Origin: Phoronis australis
Taxonomy: Eukaryota; Animalia; Phoronida
Reading direction: 5' to 3'
DNA: 64,000 nt
Assembly (NCBI GenBank): GCA_002633005.1
Contig: NMRA01000077.1
Coordinates: 248,001 to 312,000 of the forward strand
Shown here: positions 1 through 13,050 of the stretch, piece after piece
Numbering within the stretch: position 1 is the stretch's first letter
How the letters are laid out: every line of letters starts with the position of its first letter
The notes under the pieces: generated by a model
The model's input: the letters and a program-made list of their open reading frames with translations, nothing else
What the model was told of the DNA's origin: nothing
Database searches by the model: none
Made by a program: the position numbers and the translations under genes

Positions 1-881
1 TACTGACGCATTTGTCATACACTTTGTAGGCTTATTAGAAATTTATCCTTAAGTTCACTCCAACGAACGCTGGCACTGATTAAATTTTCAACGATTTTAT
101 AAGGAAGACATCTCCGCCTGTCTTTTGTCAGATGTTCACGTGGGTCATGTAGTGAATGTTTTAACCGTTTTGTGTTTCATATAAGAACACGACAGGGNAA
201 AAGTCTCAACAGTTGCATAAAACGAAAACAAAGTGTTAATTTAATAAAAACATTCATATTTAACGAAATTTGACTGAAAAGACATGATCACCTGACCCAT
301 CATTTTAGTGAGTTTCTTTTTTCATGAGTTACTCTAACGTAACTAAGCTTTTTTGAACGAGATGTCTCGGCAATTTAGCGACAATCACCTCTTTCGCGAC
401 CTTGATTTGACATATTTTTCACTCATGCTCCGAAATAATGCCGTACTACTGCATCAGTTTTCCAGTTTTCAAAAAAATCACCACGCCTATTTTTGCCCTA
501 ACCTTAAGTTTGTTCATGAATTTGCTTATTTTTTCAAAACCAGGTTCATATAAGAAAAATCCAATAAGTTGTTCCTGTTGTCTGTGAAGTACACTACTCT
601 ACTTTCTTCCTCGTATAAATCGGGTTGAAAAACACACATCTCTATACAACAGGTCGCAGTTATCATCAAGTACGTTGTGTAACATACTGACGCATTTGTC
701 ATACACTTTGTAGGCTTATTAGAAATTTATCCTTAAGTTCACTCCAACGAACGCTGGCACTGATTAAATTTTCAACGATTTTATAAGGAAGACATCTCCG
801 CCTGTCTTTTGTCAGATGTTCACGTGGGTCATGTAGTGAATGTTTTAACCGTTTTGTGTTTCATATAAGAACACGACAGGG
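1..881. repeat. Apparently identical 197-bp direct duplication (1-197 and 685-881) beside a single N
   Basis: TACTGACGCATTTG...ACACGACAGGG occurs twice; the first copy ends at the N at 198, so this is probably a contig-join overlap. Confidence 0.85.
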
Positions 882-1324
882 AGCGGAGATGGATCTTTTA
901 TCGTAAATTCACAAGAGACCACAAACGTCCTATAAGTAGGTGAGCCGATTTTTTCTTTCAAAGCAATTAAAGCTATGTAATTGCTCTGTTTTTTGCACAC
1001 GCGCGCAATAGTTCTGGGTGAAAAGTATTGGAACGTTAGGACTAAACGGGGGTAAACAGCTAGTTAAAGCTCGGCAGCTATTAGGCAGCGATTATGATGT
1101 CTATTTCATTCCCCTTAACAAATTGATTCCAATCAATGACGTCAGCGCATATGCAGTGATATTTCCAGCTAAACTCGTTGTACCCATTTATACACTGAAC
1201 ACGCAATGCGTGATTCGCAGTTAAGGAAGCGGTAAGATACGTTATCAACAAGAGCTTCAGACAAAACGTTGGTAGCCGCCTGATATTTCGAGAATTCGAT
1301 TGACAGCGTTTACGTCAGGTTTAC

Positions 1325-2320
1325 ATGTCATGGCGACTTGTTGAATTAGCAGCACCTGAATCGTTTTGTGTTGACAGAAGTAATATGGCTGTCCAATTCA
1401 ACGGAACTTCGTCTTACTCCAGTGAGGTCAATACGACGGTGTTTATTGGCGTGCACACGGCGTTTTCTTACGTTTTCATCATCATCAATTCTACAGGATT
1501 AATTGCAAACGTGGTGTCAATAGCTATCTTGCTGTTGCTCAGATGCCGTAAAAATGCTGTGATATTTCTATCCAATCTAGCCGCAGCGGATTTAACCTTG
1601 TCTGCTGCCCAGTTATTCAAGAATTTGTATATAAATCCCTCTTTGAACATAGAAACCGACAAAGCAGTATACGATATATTACTCATTGTTGGTAACGGCT
1701 CAGTGTTGACGGTCATGTTCGCGTCGTCTGCATTGTCGGTGGATCGGCTCATCGCGGTGGTGCTGCCTCTGAGATACAACCAGATTATGACCAAGCGCCG
1801 GATCTACCTGATGGTGACGGTCTTGTGGTGTTTCTTCCTCGCTGCTTTCATCGTGACACCAACAGTGGTATATTTCGAAAATGAAGACGAATGTTGCGAA
1901 GACTACCTCAAGTACGTTCGTATCTGCATTAACACTATAACGGTGTCTGTGTGTCTTATTCTCATTTACATTTATTCGCACATATTTAGCGAGATAAGAC
2001 GTCATCATAGTTATCAACTGAACGCGTTTCAAGACAGTGGTACCAAAAAGGGTGCTGTGACGTCCCTGTTGATAGTCGGCTCGTTCGTTTTAAGCTGGCT
2101 ACCTTTCACGTTGTTTGACATCATCTCTTTGTTTCACAATGACACCGTAACTGAAAATTATCCATCCTTCTTAGCAAGCTATGTGCTCTACGCCATTGCG
2201 CTAGTGAACCCCTTACTAGACCCATTCATCTACGTCAGCAGGAGCGAAGAGATACAGACCATGCTGATCAGCAGGACGGGACGACTAAAAGGAGTTCTTT
2301 GTGGAAATAGAAATATCTGA
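1325..2320 (+). CDS. Intronless rhodopsin-like (class A) GPCR, orphan, MECA-like features
   Basis: 331-aa ORF with seven hydrophobic segments: TM1 GLIAN, TM2 NLAAAD, TM3 DRL, TM4 W, TM6 FVLSWLP, TM7 NPLLDPFIY. N-terminal sequons NGT and NTT. The true start may be the ATG at 1385 (MAVQF). Confidence 0.92.
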   Translation: MSWRLVELAAPESFCVDRSNMAVQFNGTSSYSSEVNTTVFIGVHTAFSYVFIIINSTGLIANVVSIAILLLLRCRKNAVIFLSNLAAADLTLSAAQLFKNLYINPSLNIETDKAVYDILLIVGNGSVLTVMFASSALSVDRLIAVVLPLRYNQIMTKRRIYLMVTVLWCFFLAAFIVTPTVVYFENEDECCEDYLKYVRICINTITVSVCLILIYIYSHIFSEIRRHHSYQLNAFQDSGTKKGAVTSLLIVGSFVLSWLPFTLFDIISLFHNDTVTENYPSFLASYVLYAIALVNPLLDPFIYVSRSEEIQTMLISRTGRLKGVLCGNRNI

Positions 2321-5300
2321 TTCATTAAGCGACTGTGAACTTCTTAGAAATGGATAGTGAACGAAGAATAAACATTTATTAACACAGCAATTTTGACGTG
2401 TTGAATAACTGAAAATAACCATTTTCCAATATAGTATATAATAGCGGCGAGGTAATAGCTTAATGGCGATAGAGTATGCATACTTAGGAAACAACATTCA
2501 GCGTCACTTGCAGTTATATATTTAAGTAGTGGAATTTCACAGTGTTTGCATAAATTCTTTGTCCTCATCCTGTAGGCAAATTGCCGTAGGTGTGCAGTGG
2601 GGTGTTCAAATGATTCGCGCAAAAATCTAAAATGACAAAGTGTCCTTGAATGAAAGAAGTTACGTTTGTCTTTGTGAACCTAGCGGGCGTTTTGCTCACC
2701 AAAATTTGAAATTTGCTCACCCGAAAGCCCGGCGCTTTCGTGCTCTCGCAATGCGAAGAGTTATGTGTTGAATGTTTGCTATTAACAGAGACCGTATAGA
2801 GAAAGACCTATTTCGCAACTATAAGTCAATGGTCCGTCAGCGGTGGACATAGTTATGTCATGGACGGGAGCGCTCCAAACGGCACGTGAGACAAAGGCAA
2901 ATATGGCGGCTCCGAGATATTTGCCCTGCGTACGGCTGCAGCAATCACAGTCAGTTGAAAAATCGCAAATTACACTTCTTTCCCCACGATGGATGGTATC
3001 TGCGATTGAAACAAAGTGTTTTTTTGCGTAAAGTTGTTGCCAGTCAACCAATTGTGTGGGTAGGATGACTTGACATTGTCTTACAACTCTTATCTTCATT
3101 CCATCGCTTATGCACAATTTTCGTACATGTTTTGCATAATTTGGGGCACTACTGATTAGTTGATCCTAAGCGCATTGATGCATCTGTGGTTGGATCTCAA
3201 TTTCAGTTTCTTTCAATTCACTTTAAGTCTTAATACAATCAAATCCAAAAGACTTGTTTACTATTATTTTTACTTTTGATCATTATTACTATTTATTCGT
3301 TGTTATTTATTTACTCTTACTTAATTAAAATATTTTCTGTCGTCGCAACACTGAATATCCTGTCTGTCGTCCGTCGTTAATCTAATTATATTGCACGAAA
3401 GTAATGGACACCCCTAGAAGCATACTGTTTACGGTGCAGTACTGGGCGCATTGCGTTGAATCCTTTTTTTAAGAAATTCAATTGGGAAGCTCATCCTTTG
3501 GGGAACTTGGCTGTGAAAACCCCACTCATCAGGTCGGCACGTCCTGTATGCGCCTTCATTGGAAGTACCTCCAGAACCAATTCTGAAATGGCGAATTTTC
3601 CTTTCAAATTCTCACATATAGGGGTTAAAGATCTCTTTTCCTTTTCTTCGCATCTTATCTGACAATAATTCTCCCTGGCTTTATTATTGCCATCAAAAAC
3701 AATTAAAAATCTCTTCAGCCGGGGTTCTTTGGTTTTGAAGCAGCCATGATAGAAATTATGTTTTATGCATACAGAATGGTCTAGAAAATTGTTTCATGTC
3801 TTCGACGTCATTCAGTAATTAGAACCAATGAATTATGTGTACTTTCCTTCTAGAAGGAGTGACTGAACCTGAACGGTAAACTTGATTAATTGTCATAACC
3901 ACCGAAAGCACATTGTATACGAGACCCATGATAACTAATGTTCCAGTGCATGTTTGTAATTTAGTATAGTTCCTGGTTCCCAGAGGGATAAATGATTTTG
4001 TGCAGTCAATAAAGGAATTCGCTTAGTAGCGCTTGTGTTCGGTATCATCATGCGTAGCAATTACTCTCGAGCGGGGTATAGACAATTGGAGAGACAGCAG
4101 TTACGGTTTTAATTTTGTGAATGACCTGTTGACAAGCAATTGTTTTCGTTTGTCATTGCTATTGTTCGACGTAAATACCGTAGTCAATTAGAGTCCAAGA
4201 GTACATGCAAGTAAATTATTTTGCACTGAATTTGACATTCTTTGACATTATTTTGGAACAATATAGTGCATAACTAATTAGCCCAGAACATCTTATCAGA
4301 TCAATATCAGATTCATTGTTCCATTAATAGACATAATCAGTTTCAGTCATATTGGAATAAAATATCATGGTGTTAATTATGTATGAACGAGAAAATGTCA
4401 AATTAATGTTTACAGGTATTCCTGCTTGAAGATTATTCGCTTTTGTGTTTACGAGTCCAGTAACTGAGCAAATGTCATCACGCTAATTGATGAAACTATT
4501 TATCAGAATCTTATTTTGCATAGGTCATGCTACGAGTTACGTTGCAGAGTAAATCAGTAGCTGAGTGGTGGAAAAATATCATTTGTTAATACGTATATAG
4601 AGAACACAGATAACAACAATGACTAAGTAAGATGGACATAGGAAATATTACTCCACAATATGCGCAAAGTAGAACCCGAGCTAAAAGGACACCGGCGTTA
4701 AAAACATGACTAAAATTGAGAAAATGTGAAGGAAATTGTCGGAAGGGCTCAGCGAAGACGAAGAATAAAAAATGACAACGAGATCATTAAGAAAAGACCC
4801 TGGAAGGAGGTCTGGAGCACATGCACAACTGACCAAGGAACACTATCCTTACAAAGGATAGAACCAATGGTCTAGTAAGCGTTAGTGTGCTGTGTTGTTA
4901 TGAAAGTAGCAGAAAATGAAACTAATCCTTATGAGTACATTTAAAAATGAATTTATCATAATCTATTTTGCCCACTACGAGTGAAGTCTCGGGGCTAAAC
5001 GAGAGACGGAGAGACGAGTGTTTGAAAAATGGCATTGTTTTGACGTAATACGTAATGTGTATGAATGAAAACAACATGATGGCAGTGTATGAATATTAAC
5101 ATGACCCATCTCAGGAAACAATTTGGACAATAACGAAAAAAGAAAACGGATGTACAAAAGGTACTTAGAAATTTACAACATGAGAGAGAGAGAGATAATC
5201 CTGTAATTAACTGATATTGGAAGCAGCTAGTCCGAAGGTGCACTTAGCCCAAATGTTTACTAATAATACACTTACATGCAATATTTGTGAGTATTCTACG

Positions 5301-5762
5301 AAACTCACTTATGAGCCCCAGAAAATATCGCGAGAATCAAGAAAATGGATGCACAAAAAATGCCTCGATTTTAGATTTTTGACCCACCTAACTTCAAGAG
5401 AATTTTGTTATTTTAGATGTATTGAGCTAACCAGATAGTCCTAGCAAAGCCTCAGAAAAATAAGAAAACGCGAGTTCAATCACGCATATGTAAGCCCGTC
5501 AAATGACAGGTGAAGCTGCTTTTTCGTGCTATGTTTCGTCACCGCGAGATCCCAGCACAAACAACAAAAGGCCGGTAACAGTTGTATTAATTCAATAGGG
5601 GTCTGAATATAACACCATTGCGTGCGGGTGTTATTCCCAACTGTTTGAATGAAAAGGTGATTCTCGCTGTGACGTAAACAAAAGCAAGTCAATACGTCTC
5701 ACAGTTCGTTATATTTGGCCATATATGGCACTAGTGGGCTCAGAGCGATACTCTTAACATAC

Positions 5763-6008
5763 TGTAGGAACTAAATTTACAGGTGGTACCGTTCAAGATA
5801 GGCTTTAAGCTATTTGTTGGCATTGATAGGCACAAGCCCATCCGGGTTCTCTGGAGACCGCGCGTGATTTGAGTCAGTCTTATATTGGAGTTTGTGAAAT
5901 GTGGTTGTTTCGTTGATATACGTACAATCTGTGATTAAACTGCAATCGCTGGTGTTATTATTTTCTTGTGAATCGCGAACCAGTGACATTTGGCGCCCAA
6001 CGTGGGGC
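5763..6008 (+). mobile_element. LTR remnant followed by tRNA-Lys primer-binding site
   Basis: TGGCGCCCAACGTGGGGC at 5991-6008 is the canonical tRNA-Lys(CUU) PBS, 2 nt after ...GTGACA (5988). ATTAAA at about 5934. The left TGT boundary at 5763 is tentative. Confidence 0.7.
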
Positions 6009-7856
6009 AGTGACAACGAAATGAAGAATTCACAAGACAGTTTGGTCATGAAAGTGACTCTTAGTATATTCGTAAAGATTTTTTCGGCTCATCTCAGGTG
6101 CTCACATTTTAATTTTCTGTTGTCGACTTCCTTGCTGAAACTAAGAGGAGCGGAGTTGTTTTCAATTGCTTCTCTGGCTTGTTATTTTACCGATTCAATT
6201 GTGAAACACGAACCCGTGACAGTGATATTCAGTAACCATTTGCTGATTGATAATCAATCATGTGAATATGTCTGATAGCTTATTATTGATTTGTTGATTT
6301 TGTAGACGAATGTGTATATGTAAGACAGGTATCATCATCATACATAAGGGTTTCAAGAAATGTGGATATATTTAAGTTACTTACGTAAATAAGAAAAAGG
6401 GATATCAAAGAACAGGTGCTTGGGGTACACCTATGACGATGGTTAATTTTTGGTAGGAGGAATTGGCAAATAAAACACCTTGAAGTCAATTGGTTAAATA
6501 ATTGTTGAAGAACAAATTCTCCACTTCAATTATACCGTAAAATGAAAGTTTATCTAGCGCGATCCCATGGTTTATTGTGTCAAATACTATTGAAAGGTCT
6601 ACAAAGATGGTTGTTGGATTTATCCCTTGTCCGGATGTTCATTCCATTATTTCGAGTGTTGCAAATTCTATTGATCTTAATTTCTGAAAACCATATTGAT
6701 GTTCATACAAAATATTGTTTGTAGTAAGGTAGTCATAGAGTTGGTCATAGGTATTTTTTCCATTCCTTTTTGAGACAGGAAGCAGAGAGGTAGGCCTATA
6801 GTTGTTAACATTGTGTTCATTTAAGTCATGTCCTTTGTACAAAGGCACAGTTTTGGTAATTTTCTAATCAGTTTGAAAATAAGTTGTATCAAACTAGTGA
6901 TTGATGAAGGTAGTGAGTGCTTTTGTAATGGCTGGAGTAAATTAATATCATGAGTTTGGTGAAAATGTTATCAAGTCTTGCGCTCGATTTTGATTTGATA
7001 TAGCCCAAGGACTTTAAAACATTGGTTTCATTTACCACATGAAATTTAGATTTTGTTTGCGTAGGATTGGATAAGATAGAGTTAAAAGCTGTTTTCCCAT
7101 TGACCCCTTGTTCTATTGGCCTAAAATTATTTACTGACCGCAAGCGGAATAACTTCTGTGGGAAAGGTCACTTACTACCGGGCTAACTTTACTGCGATAT
7201 CAAATTTACTCATCTTCAGAAGATGGGATTAACGACTGCTTTAGAGTAGAGTATGCGCGGGCTAGTATCTGCTTACCTAATGATGGGCCAGCAAATCTTT
7301 ATAAAGACGTGGTTAAATTCCTGAGCTAATGACGTTTTGTCAAATAACTTATCTGTCTGTTTTGTCATATATTTAGTAGAGTTTCTGTTTGTTTTAAAAA
7401 TTGCATTTCATGTCTTAATGGAATCTTGTTTAAACTTGTAAAGTAATGAGTCTGCAGTTTGAACAAGTAATTTCAAAGTTTCACTTGTTTGTCAAGTTGT
7501 GGGCTAGTTGTGGATAAAAGTTTTATTTTTTGTACATTCTATTTTTTATTGTAATAAGAAGGTCTAAGTTATCCATGTGCTTTTGTAGGGAAAACGTTTT
7601 TGATGCAACTTAATGGTGATATTGGACAGTGCTGAATGCTTGGTTGATTTTGACTGAGTCGAAATCAATCTCTTTGTGTTCATTAAATAATTGTTCTCAT
7701 TCTTTGATATATATACTTGTTCTCATTCTTGGTGGTTTGTATTTAATATTAATATTTAGTGAAATTAACATAAGCAAGTGGTCAGATGGATTACAAAATT
7801 TATGCCAACGCGAGATATTTTGGTGTTGTCAGTAGATTCATAATAAATATGACCAA

Positions 7857-8092
7857 TTAGATATACTGACATACTGACATACGGGCTTTGGTAGGTTAAG
7901 TGATTAGATATACTGACATATGGGCTTTGGTAGGTTAAGTGATTAGATATACTGACATATGGGCTTTGGTAGTTAAGTGATTAGATATACTGACATATGG
8001 GCTTTGGTAGTTAAGTGATTAGATATACTGACATACGGGCTTTGGTTAAGTGATTAGATATACTGACATATGGGCTTTGGTAGTTAAGTGAT
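7857..8092. repeat. Minisatellite, about 38-bp unit, about 6 copies, inside the LINE
   Basis: Unit TTAGATATACTGACATATGGGCTTTGGTAG(G)TTAAGTGA repeated in tandem. Confidence 0.95.
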
Positions 8093-8709
8093 TTTTTGTC
8101 GCAGGTGAAGCCTTGAAATCTATCGTTGCAATTAATTTTTATTGCATCTATTTTTAAGTTGGCGGCAACAATGAGTTTTTGTTATTTAAGTTCGATTTCA
8201 TAATGACATCCCTAAACTCTAAAAAGTAATTAATCCCGTGTGCTTGTCTGAAGTTCCAGGGGCTTGCAAATGTTTGTAATAATTTAATTGTGTATCTTGT
8301 TATGGGAGAGTAAGCATTCATACGTTTTAAATTTTCATGGGATATAGTTTTATAAACACAGGTATGATCATGAGGTAACTAGTTTAACATGTGTAAATAA
8401 TTTGGTAAGTAAACTTTAAAATTCATGTCTGGATTAAATAATGAAAGTATCAGTTGTTGACAACGATGATTCTTGTACGCAGAATGACATCGAAAAGTAA
8501 TTCGTTGTTTGAAAATCATCAAGAATGACTTTAAAAAGATCAAATTTTGCGTTGAGCGACTGAATATTGACACTCTGTAATTTGAGTTCATTTGTATGTA
8601 ATTGCAAATATTCTTTCAAACCTTCAGTGTCATGATAGTTAGATTCACTGATTTGAAACACATTTTCGCTGTCTCTGATATTTAGAGAATCAATTGAATT
8701 ATTGTCAAG

Positions 8710-8955
8710 GGCCCTGTTCCAAGAAACTGACTTAAGTTCATTTTTGACTTAAGTCTAAGATTTGTCTTAACTGACAAACTTTAAAACTTCCACATTTGGA
8801 AAGTTATTCAAAATTAAGACAAAATGTAGGTCATAGACTTAAGTCAAACTTAGGATCTCTTTCTTGAATTGGTTTTGAGACAAATCTAACTTTTATTTTA
8901 AAATTAAAAAAATTAAGATTTGTCTTAGCTAAGTCAGTTTTGTTGGAACGGGTCC
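8710..8955. mobile_element. MITE, PIF/Harbinger-like, inserted in the LINE ORF
   Basis: Left TIR GGCCCTGTTCCAAGAAACTGACTTA; reverse complement of right end GGACCCGTTCCAACAAAACTGACTTA. AAG flanks both sides (3-bp TSD). Removing it rejoins the LINE frame (HYDGHL|DNNSIDSLN). Confidence 0.85.
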
Positions 8956-9217
8956 AAGGTGTCCATCATAATGTTTTTTAAGATGGATGTATGTAGGAAG
9001 TCTACAGTTGGGTGTGTTGGAGCTGAAATACTTTTGTAAGTTCAATTTGTTTGATATTTTGTTATGTGGTTTCTGTGTGTTGCTTTCTAGTACATTTCTG
9101 TCTAGGTTCGATGTATTCTTGCATGTTGTTTTAACTCGTATAAATGCTACCCGCTTGTTTGTTTGTATGTCTCTAAACGGCGTTGTTACAAACACATTCT
9201 ATTTTTTATTGTTTCTC

Positions 9218-12200
9218 TGTAGGAACCATTTACATGAAGACTATACGCGAGTTCAAAGTTATCCCGAATTTAATAAACAAAGATGTTAAAACAACCCGAC
9301 CTTTAGTTTCTACACCAGTTCAAAAGTGATGGCTCAGACGAACAAAGACGCTGAGCCTGGTTATAACCAGGGCCCACATCAAGAACACCAAAGAAAAACG
9401 CTGGAAGAATGAATTAATATTGTCTTTTTCTGACTGGAAATACAGCTGTTTCATTGGCTGAGGGTTTGGGGGTTGCCTGGGAAAATTATTCATCAACGCT
9501 TACAATTTTTGTCACTACATGTACGGATAGCGCTTAGATCTAACGTTCTTAAAGTATTCCAAACCCAATTTTGGCCTGTGAACAGATACTAAAAACTACT
9601 TTCCTATCCAGTATACTGTAATAAAATAATGTTCTGTAACCCTCGACAACCTTCAAAACTTTGGACGGAAATTTGAAAAATCCTTCCAAAGTCGGCTTAA
9701 CGGGCAGGCGTGACCTACGCTTCTAGCGAATTACACGGCAACTTTGGTAAAAGACGACCCTCCAAGGACCATGATGTCCAATTAGTAATTTTTAGTTAGC
9801 TCCTGCTTTTATCTTTCACTGTTGACCCCAATGATTCATAAGCAGGTGAAAGAACGAGGATTGGTTGAAATCATCAGAAAACATGATTTAGTATCATTTT
9901 AATCAAAAGAGCTGAAAAGGAAATAGCTTTTGAGGACAGTAAACCAGCAATTCCTGATGAAGTCCATGATGGAAGTCTTAGTCTAATATGTGATGTTATA
10001 TCTTTGCCCACATTTTAAGTGCCTACATACGGTTGCAATCCTTAGAACATGTGTCATGATTCACGAGGACTTTTCAACAGTGCACCAAAAGCCCATTAGG
10101 TTCCCAAGCTAGCGATTGTTCTATATGCACCAGTACACGTCAGGAGAGGTCAAGGCTTTTATGAGCAGCTATTTGCATTCAGACCCTGTAAAGGGGTACT
10201 AAAATGTTCTGAGAATGTTCAAACGGTATTATGGGGATGATTAGAGGGTTGCTTCGGCGTGTGTGAAACAAATCATCCCAGGTGCACTGGTTAGAACAGA
10301 AGATTCTGCAGTTCTCCAGCGGTTGTCCATAGATCTTGAACGGGACGCTGCTACTTTAGAAGAGGTCGGCTATCTTAAGAAGTTAAAAAATCCCGAGTGT
10401 ATGAGGAAGTTGATATTCAGACTCGCGGTAGACATGAGGAAACGGTGGCGAAAAAAGACAGACGACATTCTTGAAGACGATTCTAGGGATTTTTGCTGTC
10501 TGTCATATCTAAGTTTATTCGAAGAGAAGTCATGATATTGTCTAGTCCAGTACTCGGTAACCTGAGTAACAAGCCAGCCAAAGGAAAATGTGACGTAAAG
10601 GTCTCTTGGTGTGACGACATCGCATCTATAACATAGGTCTAAGTCATTCTGTGTCAACTGCAACTGTTGATCGTACTGGTAAATGCTAATGGCAAGATGG
10701 TAAGTACGCATGCGTTTCTTGATAGTGGGTCACCTGAACCGCTTCTTCAGATGTTGAGCGTAAAACCCAGTGACCAAGCTTCTTCCAGGTTAACTATGTT
10801 ATCAAGGTTTGAGCATGTAAGATGTTGGCTCATCAATGTTGAATACAGACATATGAACAAAGAACACACTGGAAACCTCAAGAGTGTCTTTGTGAGTCCA
10901 TTCTTGCATGTGTATAAAAACGACACACCCAGGAAAGAAGATGCCGATCGCTTTCCCCACTTGAGTTGTTTGGAGCTTCCATTTGTTAATGCGCAGGTGG
11001 ATCTTCTAATTAGTGATGACAACTGCGATGCTTTGGAAAGCTTGGAGGTTGTTATAAGTCAAGGGGAGGGTCCATTTGCTACAGGAACAACGTTAGGATG
11101 GACCATGAATGGACTTGTATGCAGGAAAAGTCAACAGAAGGTCAAGTCAGTTAACATAGTTAACAATTTTAGATGTCTGTAGAACGATGATGACCTTCGA
11201 GATCCGTACGATGATACGGAGGAGATGTCACTAGAACATGGAAGGCTTTAAATGTTATGGAGAAGTATGTGTCTCTTCCGTCAAGTGGACACTATCAGCT
11301 CGTCTTGCCAAGGAAGGACAAAAGCTGGCTTCTTCCAGGCAATTAGTTCATGGCTTCATATTGTCTCAGTCTGCTTAAGAGACCAGGGGCTGAACGAATT
11401 AGATGCTGAAGGGTGATTACATAGAGCGTCGTGACAGTTCGATCGTATTCCCATGTCGTACGTGGTACTTACCTCAGCGCTCGGTCTGTCGCCGTCAGAA
11501 GCCAGACAAACCTGGTGTTATCTTCGACTGCTCAGCAAAGTCCAAGGATGTTTCGCTGAATGAGGTTCTACTGAAAAGCCTAGATTTGACAAATTTACTG
11601 ATGGGTCAAATTTCCAGTTTCATACAGGAACTGGAAGGAGTTATGGAGGATATTAAGGGCATGGTTTGCCAAGTAGAACTACCTTCAATGAATCGTGATG
11701 CATTCCGTTTTCCGTGATGAGTTATGGAGGATATTAAGGGTATGGTTTGCCAAGTAGAACTACCTTCAATGAATCGTGACGCATTCCGTTTTCTGTGATG
11801 CGTTACGGAGGATATTAAGGGCATGGTTTGCCAAGCAGAAGAACCTTCAATGAGTTGTGACGCATTCCGTTTTTCTGGAGATCTATGAATGACTTCATGA
11901 ATTCTCCAGTGTGGAGCCATCTCATCTCCAAGTGTTTTGTACTTCTGCTCTTCATAATACAAATACAGCGCACAAACATTCGTTCCGCCCAGAAGTTGAG
12001 GAAGAAGAAATGCCGTGATCTTATGTGGATGATTGTCTCAGTTTTACTGCAAGGATATAGAAGGGATCGCCATTGTGAAGGATGTGACACAGCTTTTATC
12101 TCATTGTAGTTTTCGTATCACTTAGTGAGTCTCTAACTCCAGATAATTCATTCAGTCCGAGCCAGAAACCGATATAGCCACATCTATGAAAGGTTTTGCT

Positions 12201-13050
12201 GATGGTAATCTGGCACGAGAAAGCTGTGTGTGTTTCATGGGATACAAGTACTGACAAGTCTAGAGTTGCTCCTTTGAAGGTAGCTACATTTCCAAGACTG
12301 GATTTGCCTGTTGCGAGTTCCTCGGTCAAGATGGATAACATGGTGTGCAAAGAGATCACTTTGTCGATTAACAGCACGGTTTTCTGATCAGACATCACAG
12401 CCGTGGTGAGGTACGTTCAGAACATAGATGGGAGATTTAAGACGTATGTGGCCAACAAGCTTGCTGTCATACATTCAGGTTCGATGGTTGGTCATTGGGA
12501 ACATGTTGACGGAAGGGTGATCCTGCAGATGAAGCATTCAGCACGCACGTTTCTATAGGTCCAGAATTATTATACTAAGATAAATTTTAGTGGCCCGAAA
12601 TGATGTCAGTTAATGGAAATGGTCCGAATGTTAAAGCCCTAAAAAGTTGCGCTCACAGTCCAAGAAAAGAATGTTCTTTTTCCGCAACATGTTCAGACTA
12701 TTCCTCAACTTCTCTCTGTTGAGGAACTGCGTCAACCTAAACACTTGATTTTAGCTGAGATCCAGATTTTGTCCTCAGGCACTAAGACAGTGAAAAAATC
12801 AATCAAAATTCAAGGTCTGGATTTTGTGTATATTGACTGCTTTCTTAGGGTTGGTGGATTGGTCGGTTATGATATCAAATGATCATCAACATCAGTTCAG
12901 TCTTCTTGATTAGACACTGTGATGAAACTCGTGAACACCTTGGAAATAACTACGCGCTATCGCACCTACGAGAAAGGTATCGCACCACTCATGGTTGTGC
13001 TGGTGTTAGCAGAGTTCTGTGTAGCAGCGTAATGTGAAGACGTTGTTATG
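9218..13050 (+). mobile_element. Degraded BEL/Pao LTR retrotransposon (gag-PR-RT-RH remnants)
   Basis: gag DMRKRWR; protease AFLDSGS...TTLGW; RT WYLPQRSV..KPDKPGVIFDCSAK..SLNEVLLKSLDL and DIKGMVCQV; Pao RNase H region KSRVAPLK..PRLDL and RFKTYVANKL. Possible 5' LTR at about 9218-9655 (TGTAGG...AATAAA...CCTTCA). Outer boundaries uncertain. Confidence 0.9.
11638..11877. repeat. 81-bp tandem triplication within the BEL RT region
   Basis: GAGTTATGGAGGATATTAAGGG... recurs at 11638, 11719 and 11800. Confidence 0.93.

Larger units (their letters stand above)
6400..9200 (-). mobile_element. Degraded CR1/L2-type non-LTR retrotransposon ORF2 (APE endonuclease + start of RT)
   Basis: Minus-strand fragments SVNIQSLNAKFD...CVQES (endonuclease), KSKSSARLDNI, and PLYK...NNYRPTSLLP...LYEHQYGFQK (RT N-terminus). 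Many stops and frameshifts; boundaries approximate. Confidence 0.85.

Noticed and set aside
3388-4010. Tc1/mariner remnant (TTGCACGAAAGTAATGGACACCCC end, TGR-like fragment on minus)
   Set aside because: The matching TIR is too degenerate and no DDE motif is visible, so the call is not supportable.
10263-12387. Intact or domesticated retroviral-like genes
   Set aside because: Fragmented by many stops and frameshifts; a dead BEL/Pao copy.
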